Shown here in pieces: positions 39,435 through 49,054 of a DNA stretch of 64,000 nucleotides. The notes beneath the pieces are model-generated. The model did not search any database and was not told where the DNA came from. It worked only from the letters and a program-made list of their open reading frames with translations. The DNA is from a virus. Location of the stretch: positions 16,113-80,112 of the IMG/VR virus record IMGVR_UViG_3300033149_004458. The stretch is one strand, 5' to 3'. The position numbers and the translations under genes were made by a program. The number at the start of each line of letters is the position of its first letter. Positions within the stretch are counted from its first letter, which is position 1.

Positions 39435-40164
39435 CTTTTCAGGACCAGAGAAGGTTGCACGATCTAATGACTTTATCAAAATTGTTCCTGGTATTCCGGT
39501 GACAATTCAGATTTTAGATAAGAAGTCACATCACATTGTGGTCCACTGGATTGCCGATGGGACTGGCAGACGATTCAGCTTCCGCTGTTTGGGGAAAGAC
39601 GTTTGCCCTGTGTGTATTAGAAATGCAGAAATTGGTTGGGACCGGAAACACCCGAACTATATTCCTGCCCAGAACAGGTATAGAGTTAATGTCCTTGACT
39701 TGACTCAGGGGAAAATTTGTCCGGCATGCGGTGCGGTCTATGTCGGAAATATTCCAGAAGTTTGCACTAATGAGGCTTGTTCTGCGAGCTTGCGGGATGT
39801 AGAGGCAGCTCCACTGAACCGAGTTCGTATCTTGGAGCGTGGGCGTAGGCTCTTCCAGAAATTTAATGCACTACAAGAAGTCCCGAACCCGTTTGCGAAT
39901 GATGAGATTATTCCTATTCAGTCCTACCCGATTAGATTAGTTGCTACTGGGCAGGGAACACAGATGGAGATTACTGTGTTGCCACAACCCCCCAATAACA
40001 TTGATCCAACCCAATATGAGCTTTTAGACCTAGATGCTGGACTGGTCCTCACTCCAGAGGAAATTCAGTTCATCATGGACGGCGGCTCTTTGAATGACGT
40101 GTTGTCAGAGCGTCGTGCGGCAAAGGCAAATGCATCATCTGACGAAGGCGATATTCCATTTTAA
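39418..40164 (+). CDS. Single-stranded DNA-binding protein (gp32-like, zinc-binding)
   Basis: HW...C....CPVC and RYRVNVLD; acidic C-terminal tail DEGDIPF; GAGGAGG RBS before MTQLTDF. Confidence 0.75.
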   Translation: MTQLTDFSGPEKVARSNDFIKIVPGIPVTIQILDKKSHHIVVHWIADGTGRRFSFRCLGKDVCPVCIRNAEIGWDRKHPNYIPAQNRYRVNVLDLTQGKICPACGAVYVGNIPEVCTNEACSASLRDVEAAPLNRVRILERGRRLFQKFNALQEVPNPFANDEIIPIQSYPIRLVATGQGTQMEITVLPQPPNNIDPTQYELLDLDAGLVLTPEEIQFIMDGGSLNDVLSERRAAKANASSDEGDIPF

Positions 40165-40171
40165 TTACTCC

Positions 40172-40205
40172 TGGTTGGTGGGTGTAAATTTACACCCACC
40201 AACCA
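40172..40205. repeat. Perfect 34-bp palindrome after the SSB gene (hairpin/terminator)
   Basis: TGGTTGGTGGGTGTAAA-TTTACACCCACCAACCA. Confidence 0.8.
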
Positions 40206-40217
40206 AAAATTATTACA

Positions 40218-40559
40218 ATGGTCGGGAAATTTCTAAGCCAACTTAATCAAAATGAGAAGGGGTCGCATTTAATATTGGCTAGAGTCTTCTCAGAGATTTT
40301 TGGGAGGAAATTGAGGAACGAAGAATGGGGGTGGCTTCGGAGGCTAATAAAACTTTATGGTAGTGAGACAGTCTTTTGGGCTTTACTTTCTAGTGTTGGC
40401 ATAAGCAACACGAACAAACCTTTAGCTTACGTGAGTAAAATCTGTATAAATTGGCTGGCTGATGGGGTCGAAGAGGCCTACAGGGATACAGCGAATAACT
40501 TTATTGACGAAACACAAGAACTGCTTTTGGAACTAAGAGGGGAAAATGCTGCTGAATAG
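40218..40559 (+). CDS. Hypothetical protein, possible DnaD-like helicase loader
   Basis: Upstream of DnaB; PLAYVSKICINW resembles the DnaD 'YxxxILxxW' motif. Confidence 0.45.
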   Translation: MVGKFLSQLNQNEKGSHLILARVFSEIFGRKLRNEEWGWLRRLIKLYGSETVFWALLSSVGISNTNKPLAYVSKICINWLADGVEEAYRDTANNFIDETQELLLELRGENAAE

Positions 40560-41853
40560 ACCAAATAGTCTGCAAGATGAACGGGCAGTATTGAAATGCT
40601 TGATTTTGAATTACGAATTGTACTTTGACATGAAACAACAGCTCACCCCAGATATGTTCTTCGGTGAGGACAATGCGCTTGTCTATAAAGTTTTCTTAGA
40701 GTTAGTGCTAGATGGACAATCCCCAGACACGGTTCTTGTTATGTCAAAGTTGCAAGAGAAGGGCCATCTTGACCTAATAGGGGGGGAGGAATATTTCAAA
40801 AGTCTGCTTGGCCTTGAAACATTAGAAAGCAACTTTAGTAACTATGTGGATAACGTATTCTCCACATATCTGTCCAGGCAGATCATAGATGCGGGGAAAG
40901 AGATAGTAGATGTTGGTTACAAAGAGAACGCTAATACAGCTCTTCAAGTTCTTTGCAATAAAACAGATACTTTGTTGACTATTTCTACAAATAGGGGGTC
41001 CGCTGTTACAGCGGCAGACATAATGAGTACAGAACTTGAGGCACTCATTGATCGAATAAAGACTGGGACAGGGGGCTCTGGATATAAAACCTTATTTTTG
41101 GATTATGACGATTTGACTGGGGGCTTGCACCCGTCAGATGAGGTTATTATCGCTGCAAGGCCCAGTGTTGGTAAAACAACAATGGCAACGCGCTGGATGT
41201 TGAACCTTGCTAAGCAAGGCATACCTTGTCTATTTTTCTCTTATGAAATGTCTAGAACACAACTTGCTCAAAGAATGATGGCAATGGAGTCCGGTGTCAA
41301 CCTGGCAAAAATAAGGTCTGGAAGATTGCCCGCTGGAGACGAGTACAATCGTGTTGTTGCTGCATCTAAAGAGGTTGGCTCTCTTCCTGTTTATATAAGT
41401 ACCGCTGCTAGTGCTGGTGTATTGGATGTAATTAAAGAATCTAAAAAGATGTCTCGTAAACATGGGGTAAAGGCAGTTTTTATTGATTATATTCAGCTGA
41501 TGCCAATGAGAATTGAGTATGCAACACAGGATTTGGGAGAGATTGCTAGAAGTTTAAAAATGATGGCAATAGACACAAACCTGTTAGTTGTGTACCTTAG
41601 CCAGCTAAACCGTGGCGTAGAGTCCAGGGCGAATAAAGTCCCCCTGCTATCAGATTTGAGACAATCGGGCAACCTTGAAGAGCATGCCGATGTTGTCTTA
41701 ATGCTTCACCGCGAAGAGCTGTATAATCCAACTCCAGATAACAGAGGGATAATAGAAATCTGGATTAGAAAAAATAGAAATGGACCAATTGGAGTATTAC
41801 CGGCAGTGTTCCATGCTGCTTCTGTAGACATATCTCCAGTTGGTGGAACTTAA
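40546..41853 (+). CDS. dnaB: Replicative DNA helicase
   Basis: AARPSVGKT, FSYEM, FIDYIQLM, LSQLNRGVE.R, LSDLRQSGNLEEHAD and KNRNGP. Confidence 0.95.
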   Translation: MLLNRPNSLQDERAVLKCLILNYELYFDMKQQLTPDMFFGEDNALVYKVFLELVLDGQSPDTVLVMSKLQEKGHLDLIGGEEYFKSLLGLETLESNFSNYVDNVFSTYLSRQIIDAGKEIVDVGYKENANTALQVLCNKTDTLLTISTNRGSAVTAADIMSTELEALIDRIKTGTGGSGYKTLFLDYDDLTGGLHPSDEVIIAARPSVGKTTMATRWMLNLAKQGIPCLFFSYEMSRTQLAQRMMAMESGVNLAKIRSGRLPAGDEYNRVVAASKEVGSLPVYISTAASAGVLDVIKESKKMSRKHGVKAVFIDYIQLMPMRIEYATQDLGEIARSLKMMAIDTNLLVVYLSQLNRGVESRANKVPLLSDLRQSGNLEEHADVVLMLHREELYNPTPDNRGIIEIWIRKNRNGPIGVLPAVFHAASVDISPVGGT

Positions 41854-41867
41854 ATCAAGGAGGAATC

Positions 41868-42083
41868 ATGCCTATCAATCCAAAAAAGGGTGAAGAGCAA
41901 CAGGAATTTATCAGTCGTTGTATCGCTATTGAGAAGCGAGCACATCCTGAAATGAAGTCAGATCAGATTGCGGCTATTTGCTACAACGCCTGGCGTAAGG
42001 CTCATCCTGGCAGTGCTCCACCACCTACCAAGAGTTCAGAAGAACAAGAGTACAAATTGGCAACCGCAGAAAATGACGAGTAG
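41868..42083 (+). CDS. Small hypothetical protein (FISRC...QIAAICY..W)
   Basis: 71 aa with a strong AAGGAGG RBS. Confidence 0.65.
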   Translation: MPINPKKGEEQQEFISRCIAIEKRAHPEMKSDQIAAICYNAWRKAHPGSAPPPTKSSEEQEYKLATAENDE

Positions 42084-42510
42084 ACAAAAGAGGGCTGGAA
42101 GTAATTGGGAAAGGGAACTGGCAAAAAGGCTCAAGGGCAAAAGACAGCCTAGCTCTGGTGCTTTTGGAACACAACATCATGATGCAAAACTCACAGGAGA
42201 CGTTGTAGTTTCGTATCCATGGTGGAACAAGCCGCTTCACATTGAATGTAAATACGGCTATGGTGGCAAATCACAACTTTCACTTAAGCGGGGGTGGTTT
42301 ACAAAAGTAAGACAAGAGGCAGCAAACGCTAACCGTTATCCATGCGTAGCTATAAAGTTTAGAGATGTAACCAGTGACGTTGAAACAGCTAAAGTAATTT
42401 GCTTTAATATAGATACTTGGGAAAGAATGATGCAAGAATTAAAATACTTATACTTAGATTATCTCTCGATGCTAAAGGAGCAATATGAGAACCAAGAAAA
42501 GAATAAGTGA
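42073..42510 (+). CDS. Holliday junction resolvase-like PD-(D/E)xK nuclease (Hjc-type)
   Basis: KRAGSNWERELAK, R.PSSGA, GDV and HIECK; start reassigned to MTSRQKR. Confidence 0.8.
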   Translation: MTSRQKRAGSNWERELAKRLKGKRQPSSGAFGTQHHDAKLTGDVVVSYPWWNKPLHIECKYGYGGKSQLSLKRGWFTKVRQEAANANRYPCVAIKFRDVTSDVETAKVICFNIDTWERMMQELKYLYLDYLSMLKEQYENQEKNK

Positions 42511-42763
42511 GTTTGCTGACCCCTATAGAGAGTGGGTTGTAGTTGCAGAGTTTCTGTTGGCCCTGGATAGGGACGCTACAATGTTTGATCTTATTAAGGT
42601 TATGTATGAGTGGAAAACCAGTTGTCCTTTTCCAGAGATGCCAGACGAAGACGTAGTTTTATCTTTATTTGATAGCGGTATGTCGCCAGTGAATATTGCT
42701 CGCAACCTTGATACAGAATCAGGAGTAGTCAGAGCGATCTTAGAGAGTTGTAAAAGGATTTAA
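42485..42763 (+). CDS. Hypothetical protein with C-terminal HTH-like segment
   Basis: LFDSGMSPVNIARNLDTESGVVRAIL. Confidence 0.5.
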   Translation: MRTKKRISEFADPYREWVVVAEFLLALDRDATMFDLIKVMYEWKTSCPFPEMPDEDVVLSLFDSGMSPVNIARNLDTESGVVRAILESCKRI

Positions 42764-42767
42764 AACT

Positions 42768-43142
42768 ATGGTAAAGCAAGAATCGCTTATCCCTGATTTT
42801 GACCAGCTTGACCAAATGGTCAATACACTAGGGGAGCTCAAACGCAAGGAGTTACTTACTAAGCATACACTAAAAGCCTTGGAAGCCAGCTATATAAAGA
42901 GAGCTCTCACAGACCAAAATTGTTGGGTTGGTGGAAAGCGTCCAACAATGTCGTATTGTGAGCGGGTTGTTGCTGTTATTGGCAACACAGAGGAAGAGAG
43001 GGAAGCTCTTCTAGGACTCAGAACAACATTGGCAGAGCTGGCTGAGGGGATAGAAATTACCGGGCAGCTAATTAGAACGATGCGAGACAGACTTGATCTA
43101 TATAGAACGCTATCAGCCAATGAAAGGAACTCTTTATTGTGA
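42768..43142 (+). CDS. Coiled-coil protein, possible UvsY-like recombination mediator
   Basis: 124 aa, all-helical, ending RTLSANER; lies in the recombination cluster. The function is inferred. Confidence 0.35.
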   Translation: MVKQESLIPDFDQLDQMVNTLGELKRKELLTKHTLKALEASYIKRALTDQNCWVGGKRPTMSYCERVVAVIGNTEEEREALLGLRTTLAELAEGIEITGQLIRTMRDRLDLYRTLSANERNSLL

Positions 43143-43903
43143 TTTATATCTCTGCTTCGTCGCTTAAAGCATTTAATGACTGCATGTACAAGATAAAGCT
43201 GCGACGAGAAAAAGCGGCTAGAATTATTACTGCAAGTCAAGTTGCGGGGTTGGTGGTGCATGATGCTATAGAGCATTATTCTGCTACTGCTGCGAATGAC
43301 GTGGCAAGAATACTTGCTGAACGGCTAACGGAAAAGAACTTATTTTTCTACCCAAGACAATCTGTTGCTGGTTTAATTCGTGATAGTGTCACTTGTGTAA
43401 ATAACTACAAGCAATTGCGTGAATACCTGCCAGAATCTAAAGGGAGAGAGGTAAACTTTCGTTTCAATTTCTCTAATAATGCAGAGATACTGGGAAGGTT
43501 TGACGAGTTATGCTACCCAGATGTAATAGTAGATTACAAGACCACTAAGCGACCGCCAACAAAGTATACTTTAGCTTATGACCTACAGGCAACTTTCTAT
43601 ACTTGGGCTTACAAACATATGTATGGAGTTTTGCCTGAATATTACTATGTCCATTTATTTTCAGCCAGGATATACAAGTTAGTTAGAACTGATTTTAGAG
43701 ATTTGATTAGTAACATCGAGAATTTTATATTTAGTTGTTCTAATGATTTTCTACCGAGGCAACCAGATGGGTACAAGTGTGGAAACTGTGAGTACAGGGA
43801 AAACTGCGCCGAATGGGGCAAAAATAGTGGCTCTCTTTTTGCGTCAGTACATGAATCTAGACAGAGAAAAGCTAGACGGGTTGATCCCCTCACTACGTTT
43901 TGA
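43139..43903 (+). CDS. PD-(D/E)xK exonuclease (RecB/Cas4-like, Fe-S)
   Basis: ISASSL...C, GLVVH, GRFD, IVDYKT, Q..FY and C-terminal CGNCEYRENC. Confidence 0.85.
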   Translation: MIYISASSLKAFNDCMYKIKLRREKAARIITASQVAGLVVHDAIEHYSATAANDVARILAERLTEKNLFFYPRQSVAGLIRDSVTCVNNYKQLREYLPESKGREVNFRFNFSNNAEILGRFDELCYPDVIVDYKTTKRPPTKYTLAYDLQATFYTWAYKHMYGVLPEYYYVHLFSARIYKLVRTDFRDLISNIENFIFSCSNDFLPRQPDGYKCGNCEYRENCAEWGKNSGSLFASVHESRQRKARRVDPLTTF

Positions 43904-44108
43904 TATAGAAAATGCTATTAAGACTTTACTAGATAGCGGAGAATTTGGGAGTTACGAGAAGTTCCTCATAGATTTGTATGTCTTAGGGTTTTCTATTTCA
44001 GATATTTCTGCTATATTTGGTTGCGCCAGGTCTACATTAGACAAAGAAATGTTTAGAATTTGTAAGAGAATTGCTGACTTCCTTGGTGATAATTATTTCG
44101 AGGTATAA
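43743..44108 (+). CDS. Sigma-70 region-4-like HTH regulator
   Basis: LYVLGFSISDISAIFGCARSTLDKEMFRICKRIADFLG; start uncertain, overlaps the nuclease gene. Confidence 0.55.
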   Translation: MIFYRGNQMGTSVETVSTGKTAPNGAKIVALFLRQYMNLDREKLDGLIPSLRFDIENAIKTLLDSGEFGSYEKFLIDLYVLGFSISDISAIFGCARSTLDKEMFRICKRIADFLGDNYFEV

Positions 44109-44109
44109 C

Positions 44110-44319
44110 ATGAAAAGATGTGTTATCTGCGGCAATTTTAGTTCGACTAGTATTTGCTCCAGTTGCTCTGAGGAGCTTGCTAATGTTTCTACAGCGGTTG
44201 TGAATAAGCTTGTACGCGCTATAGCAGCAAAGCATAGGGAGCCAAAGTATAAGAAAATGGAGGATGGATGCGAACCTATAGACGAGATAGAGATGAATAT
44301 CTTACAAGAAGAGCTTTAG
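44110..44319 (+). CDS. Small zinc-finger protein
   Basis: MKRCVICG...ICSSC with a GAGG RBS. Confidence 0.5.
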   Translation: MKRCVICGNFSSTSICSSCSEELANVSTAVVNKLVRAIAAKHREPKYKKMEDGCEPIDEIEMNILQEEL

Positions 44320-45278
44320 AATTATCTACGATATTCTCTGAATCTAGAATAGCTCAGATATTATCTGAGGAACTAGGCGAGGAGATAACCAGGAATACGG
44401 TGCATGGAAGGATATATAGAAGAACCAGATCATCCGGCTTAGAGTGTAAGCCACGTACAAGCATGCCGTATTTTGAACGTTATGAACGTTATCTGAGAAA
44501 GGTAGAACCGCCCCCAGAGAAGGCTAACTTCTCTTTTGATAAAGGACATATTAAGATATTAGTAATCAATGATTTGCATGCTCCTTTTCAACATGAGGAA
44601 GCGTTACAAACAGCCTTGACAGATAACTTTTCTTCTGATATAATAGTTACATCGGAAATTTCAGACCTATATTCTTATTCTCCCTTTGCTAAAGATAAGC
44701 ACGTGTCTTTTGAATTGGAAGTTGAGGAAATACTCAGACTGTTTGAATATTTTAATCAGACCTTTCCTGTTACTTTTGTTGTCAGTGCAGGACATGAGAA
44801 GAGAATAACTAGAGCAATAACTAGAAAAATACACACAGAGTTGCTATTTCTAATAGAGACAAATTTACTAGAGCTTCTTGCAAGTCCTTTTCCAAACATT
44901 ATTACAATTCCAGAGCCATACTTCCAAATCAATGATGCGCTGTTTACACATCTAAATAAATATTCTCAGACAATTCCTATGAGAAGTGCGCACAACACAC
45001 ATCGTTGGATACAGAATTGGAAGAAGTCTTTGGGTATAGGGGAGTATCGGGTTTTAGCTCAAGCCCACTCTCATCATAGTGGTATATACAATATGCCGAC
45101 GGTACAGCTTATTGAGACCGGCTGCTTGCAAAAAATACCAGAGTGGGTACTTGATAGGTGTCCAATGTTACCATGGATGACAGGGTGGACTGTGATTGAG
45201 CAGAATGACGGAAGGACGGATTTGAACGCAACGAAAGTAGTGATATATGAAGATAGACGAGTTGGCACAAAGGGTTAG
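44268..45278 (+). CDS. HTH + metallophosphoesterase-fold protein
   Basis: N-terminal HTH (IAQILSEELGEEITRNTVHGRI); INDLHAPF, AGHE, FTH, AHSHH and ETGCL (divergent calcineurin-like motifs). Confidence 0.7.
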   Translation: MRTYRRDRDEYLTRRALELSTIFSESRIAQILSEELGEEITRNTVHGRIYRRTRSSGLECKPRTSMPYFERYERYLRKVEPPPEKANFSFDKGHIKILVINDLHAPFQHEEALQTALTDNFSSDIIVTSEISDLYSYSPFAKDKHVSFELEVEEILRLFEYFNQTFPVTFVVSAGHEKRITRAITRKIHTELLFLIETNLLELLASPFPNIITIPEPYFQINDALFTHLNKYSQTIPMRSAHNTHRWIQNWKKSLGIGEYRVLAQAHSHHSGIYNMPTVQLIETGCLQKIPEWVLDRCPMLPWMTGWTVIEQNDGRTDLNATKVVIYEDRRVGTKG

Positions 45279-46194
45279 TATTGTTCCAATTATCGAGGAG
45301 GCTTTTACTCTACGGCAGTCTGGGCAACATTACTTGCGTGGGGTAGAGCACGATAGCCTGGTTGTAGATATAAGAAAGAATAAGTTTTACTGGAATTCTC
45401 TTGGGATTTCAGGGGGGCCTATTACCTGGCTAATGCAGATACGCGGTTTATCTTATAGACATGCTTTAGACGAGCTCCAGAGATTTAGCGGGTTACCATT
45501 TAGAGAGGCATTATTGAAAATAGATAAGCCTACTCCGATCTACCCCAGACTGCTAGATACGTTTTTTGAGTTGGGGAAAAGAAATAGGAGCTATTGGTAT
45601 AGCCGTGGTTTTACAGATGATTCGATTGATAAGTTCAAACTTGGTTTTACCGGTAAAGCCAATGTTATACCAATTATCCAGGATGGAGTGTTAGAGAATT
45701 TCCAGTGTAGAATTGGACAAGGGGCTGAGAAAAGAGTTTGGTGGTGGGCAAAACACAAGGCCTTAAATCTGTTCGGTGCAGATGACTTGAGATCAAGTTA
45801 TGTGGTTTTAACAGAGGGTCCAATAGACGCAATAACTTTACATCAGGTTGGTATTCCAGCAATTACTCAATCTGCGATAAACTATTGGAATAACTTGTGG
45901 AATAAATATTTAGTCGATTGTTACACTATATACATTTTATATGATAATGATTTAGCTGGAAGGACGGCGGCAAGAAAGATAGTCAAGCGGTTTTTAAATA
46001 GAGGGAAGATCGCTTATTGGCCGTCATTCTTACCGGAAAAGTTTGACGTAAATGATGGGCTTATTCAGTTTGGGGAAGATACTTTGAAGAAGCTACTAAC
46101 TGAAATAATCTTTCCATATTCTGTTTATCAGGCAGAGGAAAATGATACCAGTTATATAAAGGAGCGGGATGAAGCAGCACGAAAAATTCTTTGA
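45247..46194 (+). CDS. DNA primase (TOPRIM)
   Basis: YWYSRGF...FKLGF, LTEGPIDAI, YDNDLAG and DVND. Confidence 0.88.
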   Translation: MKIDELAQRVSIVPIIEEAFTLRQSGQHYLRGVEHDSLVVDIRKNKFYWNSLGISGGPITWLMQIRGLSYRHALDELQRFSGLPFREALLKIDKPTPIYPRLLDTFFELGKRNRSYWYSRGFTDDSIDKFKLGFTGKANVIPIIQDGVLENFQCRIGQGAEKRVWWWAKHKALNLFGADDLRSSYVVLTEGPIDAITLHQVGIPAITQSAINYWNNLWNKYLVDCYTIYILYDNDLAGRTAARKIVKRFLNRGKIAYWPSFLPEKFDVNDGLIQFGEDTLKKLLTEIIFPYSVYQAEENDTSYIKERDEAARKIL

Positions 46195-46567
46195 TTTCCC
46201 TTGGCCGTTGAAACGAGCAAGGAAGGAAAGTAGAAAGGTAAAACACAGCGGCAGACATGTCGGTGCGGCAATAACAAAAGGGGGAAGGTTGTTGTCTGTA
46301 GGAAGAAACAAGCTAAAGACGCACCCCGCTCTAACTACGTTTTCGATACACGCAGAGCAAGATGCCATTCTCTCTAGAATTCATTGCGACGACATGACTG
46401 GGGCAACGATGTGGGTGTTTAGAGAGACCGCAGATGGTATGCCAGCGATGGCAAAGCCGTGTGACAAGTGTGTTAATATGATGTTGGCTTTTGGAATTAA
46501 AAAAGCAGTATATAGTGTGCCTTACCCACCATATATTGGGGTAACTGTTTATAGAGGTGAAACATGA
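46169..46567 (+). CDS. Zinc-dependent cytidine/dCMP deaminase-fold protein
   Basis: HVGAAI, GRN, IHAEQDAI and AKPCDKC. Confidence 0.85.
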   Translation: MKQHEKFFDFPWPLKRARKESRKVKHSGRHVGAAITKGGRLLSVGRNKLKTHPALTTFSIHAEQDAILSRIHCDDMTGATMWVFRETADGMPAMAKPCDKCVNMMLAFGIKKAVYSVPYPPYIGVTVYRGET

Positions 46568-46941
46568 AATTTGTAGCGGTAGGAAAGGAAAGGATTTACC
46601 TCTCCGACTACGAAGGCAATGCTGAAGAGCTTGAACGCCTTCTTAGGTCATGGGCTTCGTCTGTAGAAGCTGTTATGACCAAGAACCTTGAGTTGTATCA
46701 TAAACTCTACAAGGAGGTTTTTGGTATCCCAGAGGGTGTCAAAACGCCAGAAGAAGAGCGTGAGTTTATGGTTGCGCGTTGGGGAGAGGATCTATTGAAG
46801 AATGAAGAGGTCGTTGAGTTGCTTCGTGAAGCTACGGTAAAGTATGAAGAGGTAAAGAATGAATTGCCCAGTTTTGAAGATTGGGCAACGGAACATAATT
46901 TGGAATTGGAGATAATTCCATACGTTGTTGAGATTCCTTAA
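46564..46941 (+). CDS. Hypothetical acidic protein
   Basis: 125 aa, GAGGTG RBS, ATGA overlap with the previous gene. Confidence 0.6.
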   Translation: MKFVAVGKERIYLSDYEGNAEELERLLRSWASSVEAVMTKNLELYHKLYKEVFGIPEGVKTPEEEREFMVARWGEDLLKNEEVVELLREATVKYEEVKNELPSFEDWATEHNLELEIIPYVVEIP

Positions 46942-47134
46942 GGAGGGTAATATGGTAGACGTAGCAGTGCTGGTTGGTTTGGAAGTTATTGCGGTAAAGA
47001 AGTTAGATAATGGTGGCGTTGCTTTTCTGTTTGATGACGGTTTGATTTTTGTTGCCAGTGAAGAGGATGGTTACTCCCTGGTTAGAGCCGAGAACTGGGA
47101 AACTGTCTTTGATAGTTTATCATAGGCTTCTTTG

Positions 47135-47169
47135 GTTTGGGGGAAGTTGTTAAAAGGCTTCCCCCAAAC
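47135..47169 (+). terminator. Intergenic stem-loop
   Basis: GTTTGGGGGAAG...CTTCCCCCAAAC 12-bp inverted repeat. Confidence 0.6.
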
Positions 47170-47185
47170 TAACTAAAAGCAGGAC

Positions 47186-47851
47186 ATGAAAGCCAAGAGT
47201 AAATCAGAAGGCGACAAGAGGCTGTATAAGATTATCTATGCAGACCCACCTTGGAGATATAAGAATTGGTCTATGTCTGAGCTTGCCCAACGTGGTGAGA
47301 AGTGGGCCAGGCGGATGGGTAGAAGCCCTTATGATGTCATGGACACAGAGGATATTTGTAAACTTCCTGTTGGGGAATTAGCTGCTAAAGATTGTGTTCT
47401 TTTTCTTTGGGTTACAGACCCAAAGCTTGAGGAGGCTTTCAAAGTTATTAATGCATGGGGATTTAGCTACCGAACGGTTGCATTTACGTGGGTTAAGACG
47501 AACAAGAAACGCGGTCTTGCCCCATTAGGAGAACATTTAGGCGCTTTAATGGCTTATGGCCTAGAGGGATACTTTGATTGGTTGTTTTGCTTCGGGCTCG
47601 GTTTCTGGACAAGGGCAAATCCAGAAATGTGCTTACTTGCTACACGGGGACACCCGAAGAGAGTTAGCAACAAGGTACAACAGCTATGTATTGCTCCAAG
47701 AAGAGATCACAGTAGAAAGCCTGATGAGATAAGAGACAGAATAGTTGAATTGTGTGGAGATTTACCTAGAATTGAATTATTTGCCAGGCCCCCAATTCCC
47801 GAAGGATGGGACGTTTGGGGAGATGAAGTAGAAAGTGATGTAATTCTATGA
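47186..47851 (+). CDS. MT-A70-family N6-adenine methyltransferase
   Basis: IYADPPW, LFLWVT, AWGF.Y, GLGFWTRANPEMCL, HSRKP and ELFAR. Confidence 0.92.
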   Translation: MKAKSKSEGDKRLYKIIYADPPWRYKNWSMSELAQRGEKWARRMGRSPYDVMDTEDICKLPVGELAAKDCVLFLWVTDPKLEEAFKVINAWGFSYRTVAFTWVKTNKKRGLAPLGEHLGALMAYGLEGYFDWLFCFGLGFWTRANPEMCLLATRGHPKRVSNKVQQLCIAPRRDHSRKPDEIRDRIVELCGDLPRIELFARPPIPEGWDVWGDEVESDVIL

Positions 47852-48188
47852 AAGACACAATTAGATATAGAAAGGAAAATAGACTGGTTGACCAGGAATA
47901 TGAAAGTCCTCCGATTATGAGGAACGGCAAAGTTATAACAAAAATTGAGGGAAAACGGGTGCCTATAAAAATTGATGACGTTGTTGGCTGGACGTTGCAT
48001 GGCAGACCAGTTTTGCCTGGGAACAAATAAAAGGGGAAGCTAATGCCTATTTGGGTGCAAAGTATATTGGCCTTAATAATTGTTGTCTTGGTTTTAATAT
48101 CGTTGGGACAGCCATTGCTGCGGCAATGATACTCTGGCTGACAAGCAAAAGCATATGATAGAACAAGATATCATTAAAAGAAGAAGCC

Positions 48189-48635
48189 ATGAAAGCTAAA
48201 TTTAAACTATTGACTAAGGATGCCAGACTTCCTACAAGGAAACATGAGGGAGACGTTGGCTTTGATATTTACTCCATAGAGAATACAGTTATCCCGCCTG
48301 GGCACTGGAAGATTGTACATACGGGAATTCAATTGGCAGATATGCCAGGGAATATATTTGTTCAGGTATGGCCTAAGAGCGGGCTGGACGCAAAAGAAGG
48401 GATTACCGTCGGAGCAGGGATTATAGACTCTGGGTACCGTGGAGAGGTATTAGTATTATTGCGCAACCTGTCTGGTTTTAATTTTCACCTTGCTGCTGGC
48501 GACCCGATTGCACAATTGATTTTCCTTCCGCGCCTAGACGTAGAGGTAGCAAGGGGCGAGGAGATAGTCGATACGGAGCGGAGTGCAGATGGTGGGATAG
48601 TAAGAACAATCAAGGAGAAAAGAAGTGAGACTTAA
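48189..48635 (+). CDS. dut: Trimeric dUTPase
   Basis: GDVGFDI, PKSGL, GAGIIDSGYRGE, GDPIAQL and ERSADGG. Confidence 0.92.
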   Translation: MKAKFKLLTKDARLPTRKHEGDVGFDIYSIENTVIPPGHWKIVHTGIQLADMPGNIFVQVWPKSGLDAKEGITVGAGIIDSGYRGEVLVLLRNLSGFNFHLAAGDPIAQLIFLPRLDVEVARGEEIVDTERSADGGIVRTIKEKRSET

Positions 48636-49053
48636 AAGATTGAATGACCAGGTGGAGTTACCAGAGAAAACAAATAATAATAAATATATTAATGTTCGTA
48701 GTGCCGTTCGTATTGACGTAAGACCAGGGGAGACAGTGGAAGTTCCAACTGGAGTTGCTGTTTCCCTGGCTAAGGAAGAAACAGCATATATTTCTGGACC
48801 GAATGTTGTCCCAACAGAGTTGCCACATGGTAAATATAAGGAGATTATTGTACCCATTTATAATGATGGAGACAGAAATCTTCTTATTTATCCAGGACAG
48901 GTTATCGCAACAATCTCTGTTGAAAGAAAGAAAAAAGCTACAATTGTAACCAAAGCAACTCTTGTCCAAAAGAAACCAACAAAGAGCGAATATCTAGATT
49001 CCGCTTCTACAGAGGCAGGCTTTCACGAGAAGCCTTGTGGAGGTTGCCCGTGA
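48625..49053 (+). CDS. Degenerate dUTPase-fold paralog with C-terminal CxxC tail
   Basis: Retains VRPGETVEVPTGVAV and EIIVPIYN...IYPGQVIA but lacks catalytic motifs 1, 2, 3 and 5; ends KPCGGCP. Confidence 0.65.
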   Translation: MRLKRLNDQVELPEKTNNNKYINVRSAVRIDVRPGETVEVPTGVAVSLAKEETAYISGPNVVPTELPHGKYKEIIVPIYNDGDRNLLIYPGQVIATISVERKKKATIVTKATLVQKKPTKSEYLDSASTEAGFHEKPCGGCP

Positions 49054-49054
49054 G

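Noticed and set aside
43139-43903. Cas4-like nuclease as evidence for a CRISPR-Cas system
   Set aside because: No repeat-spacer array or other cas genes were seen; such nucleases are common phage recombination exonucleases.
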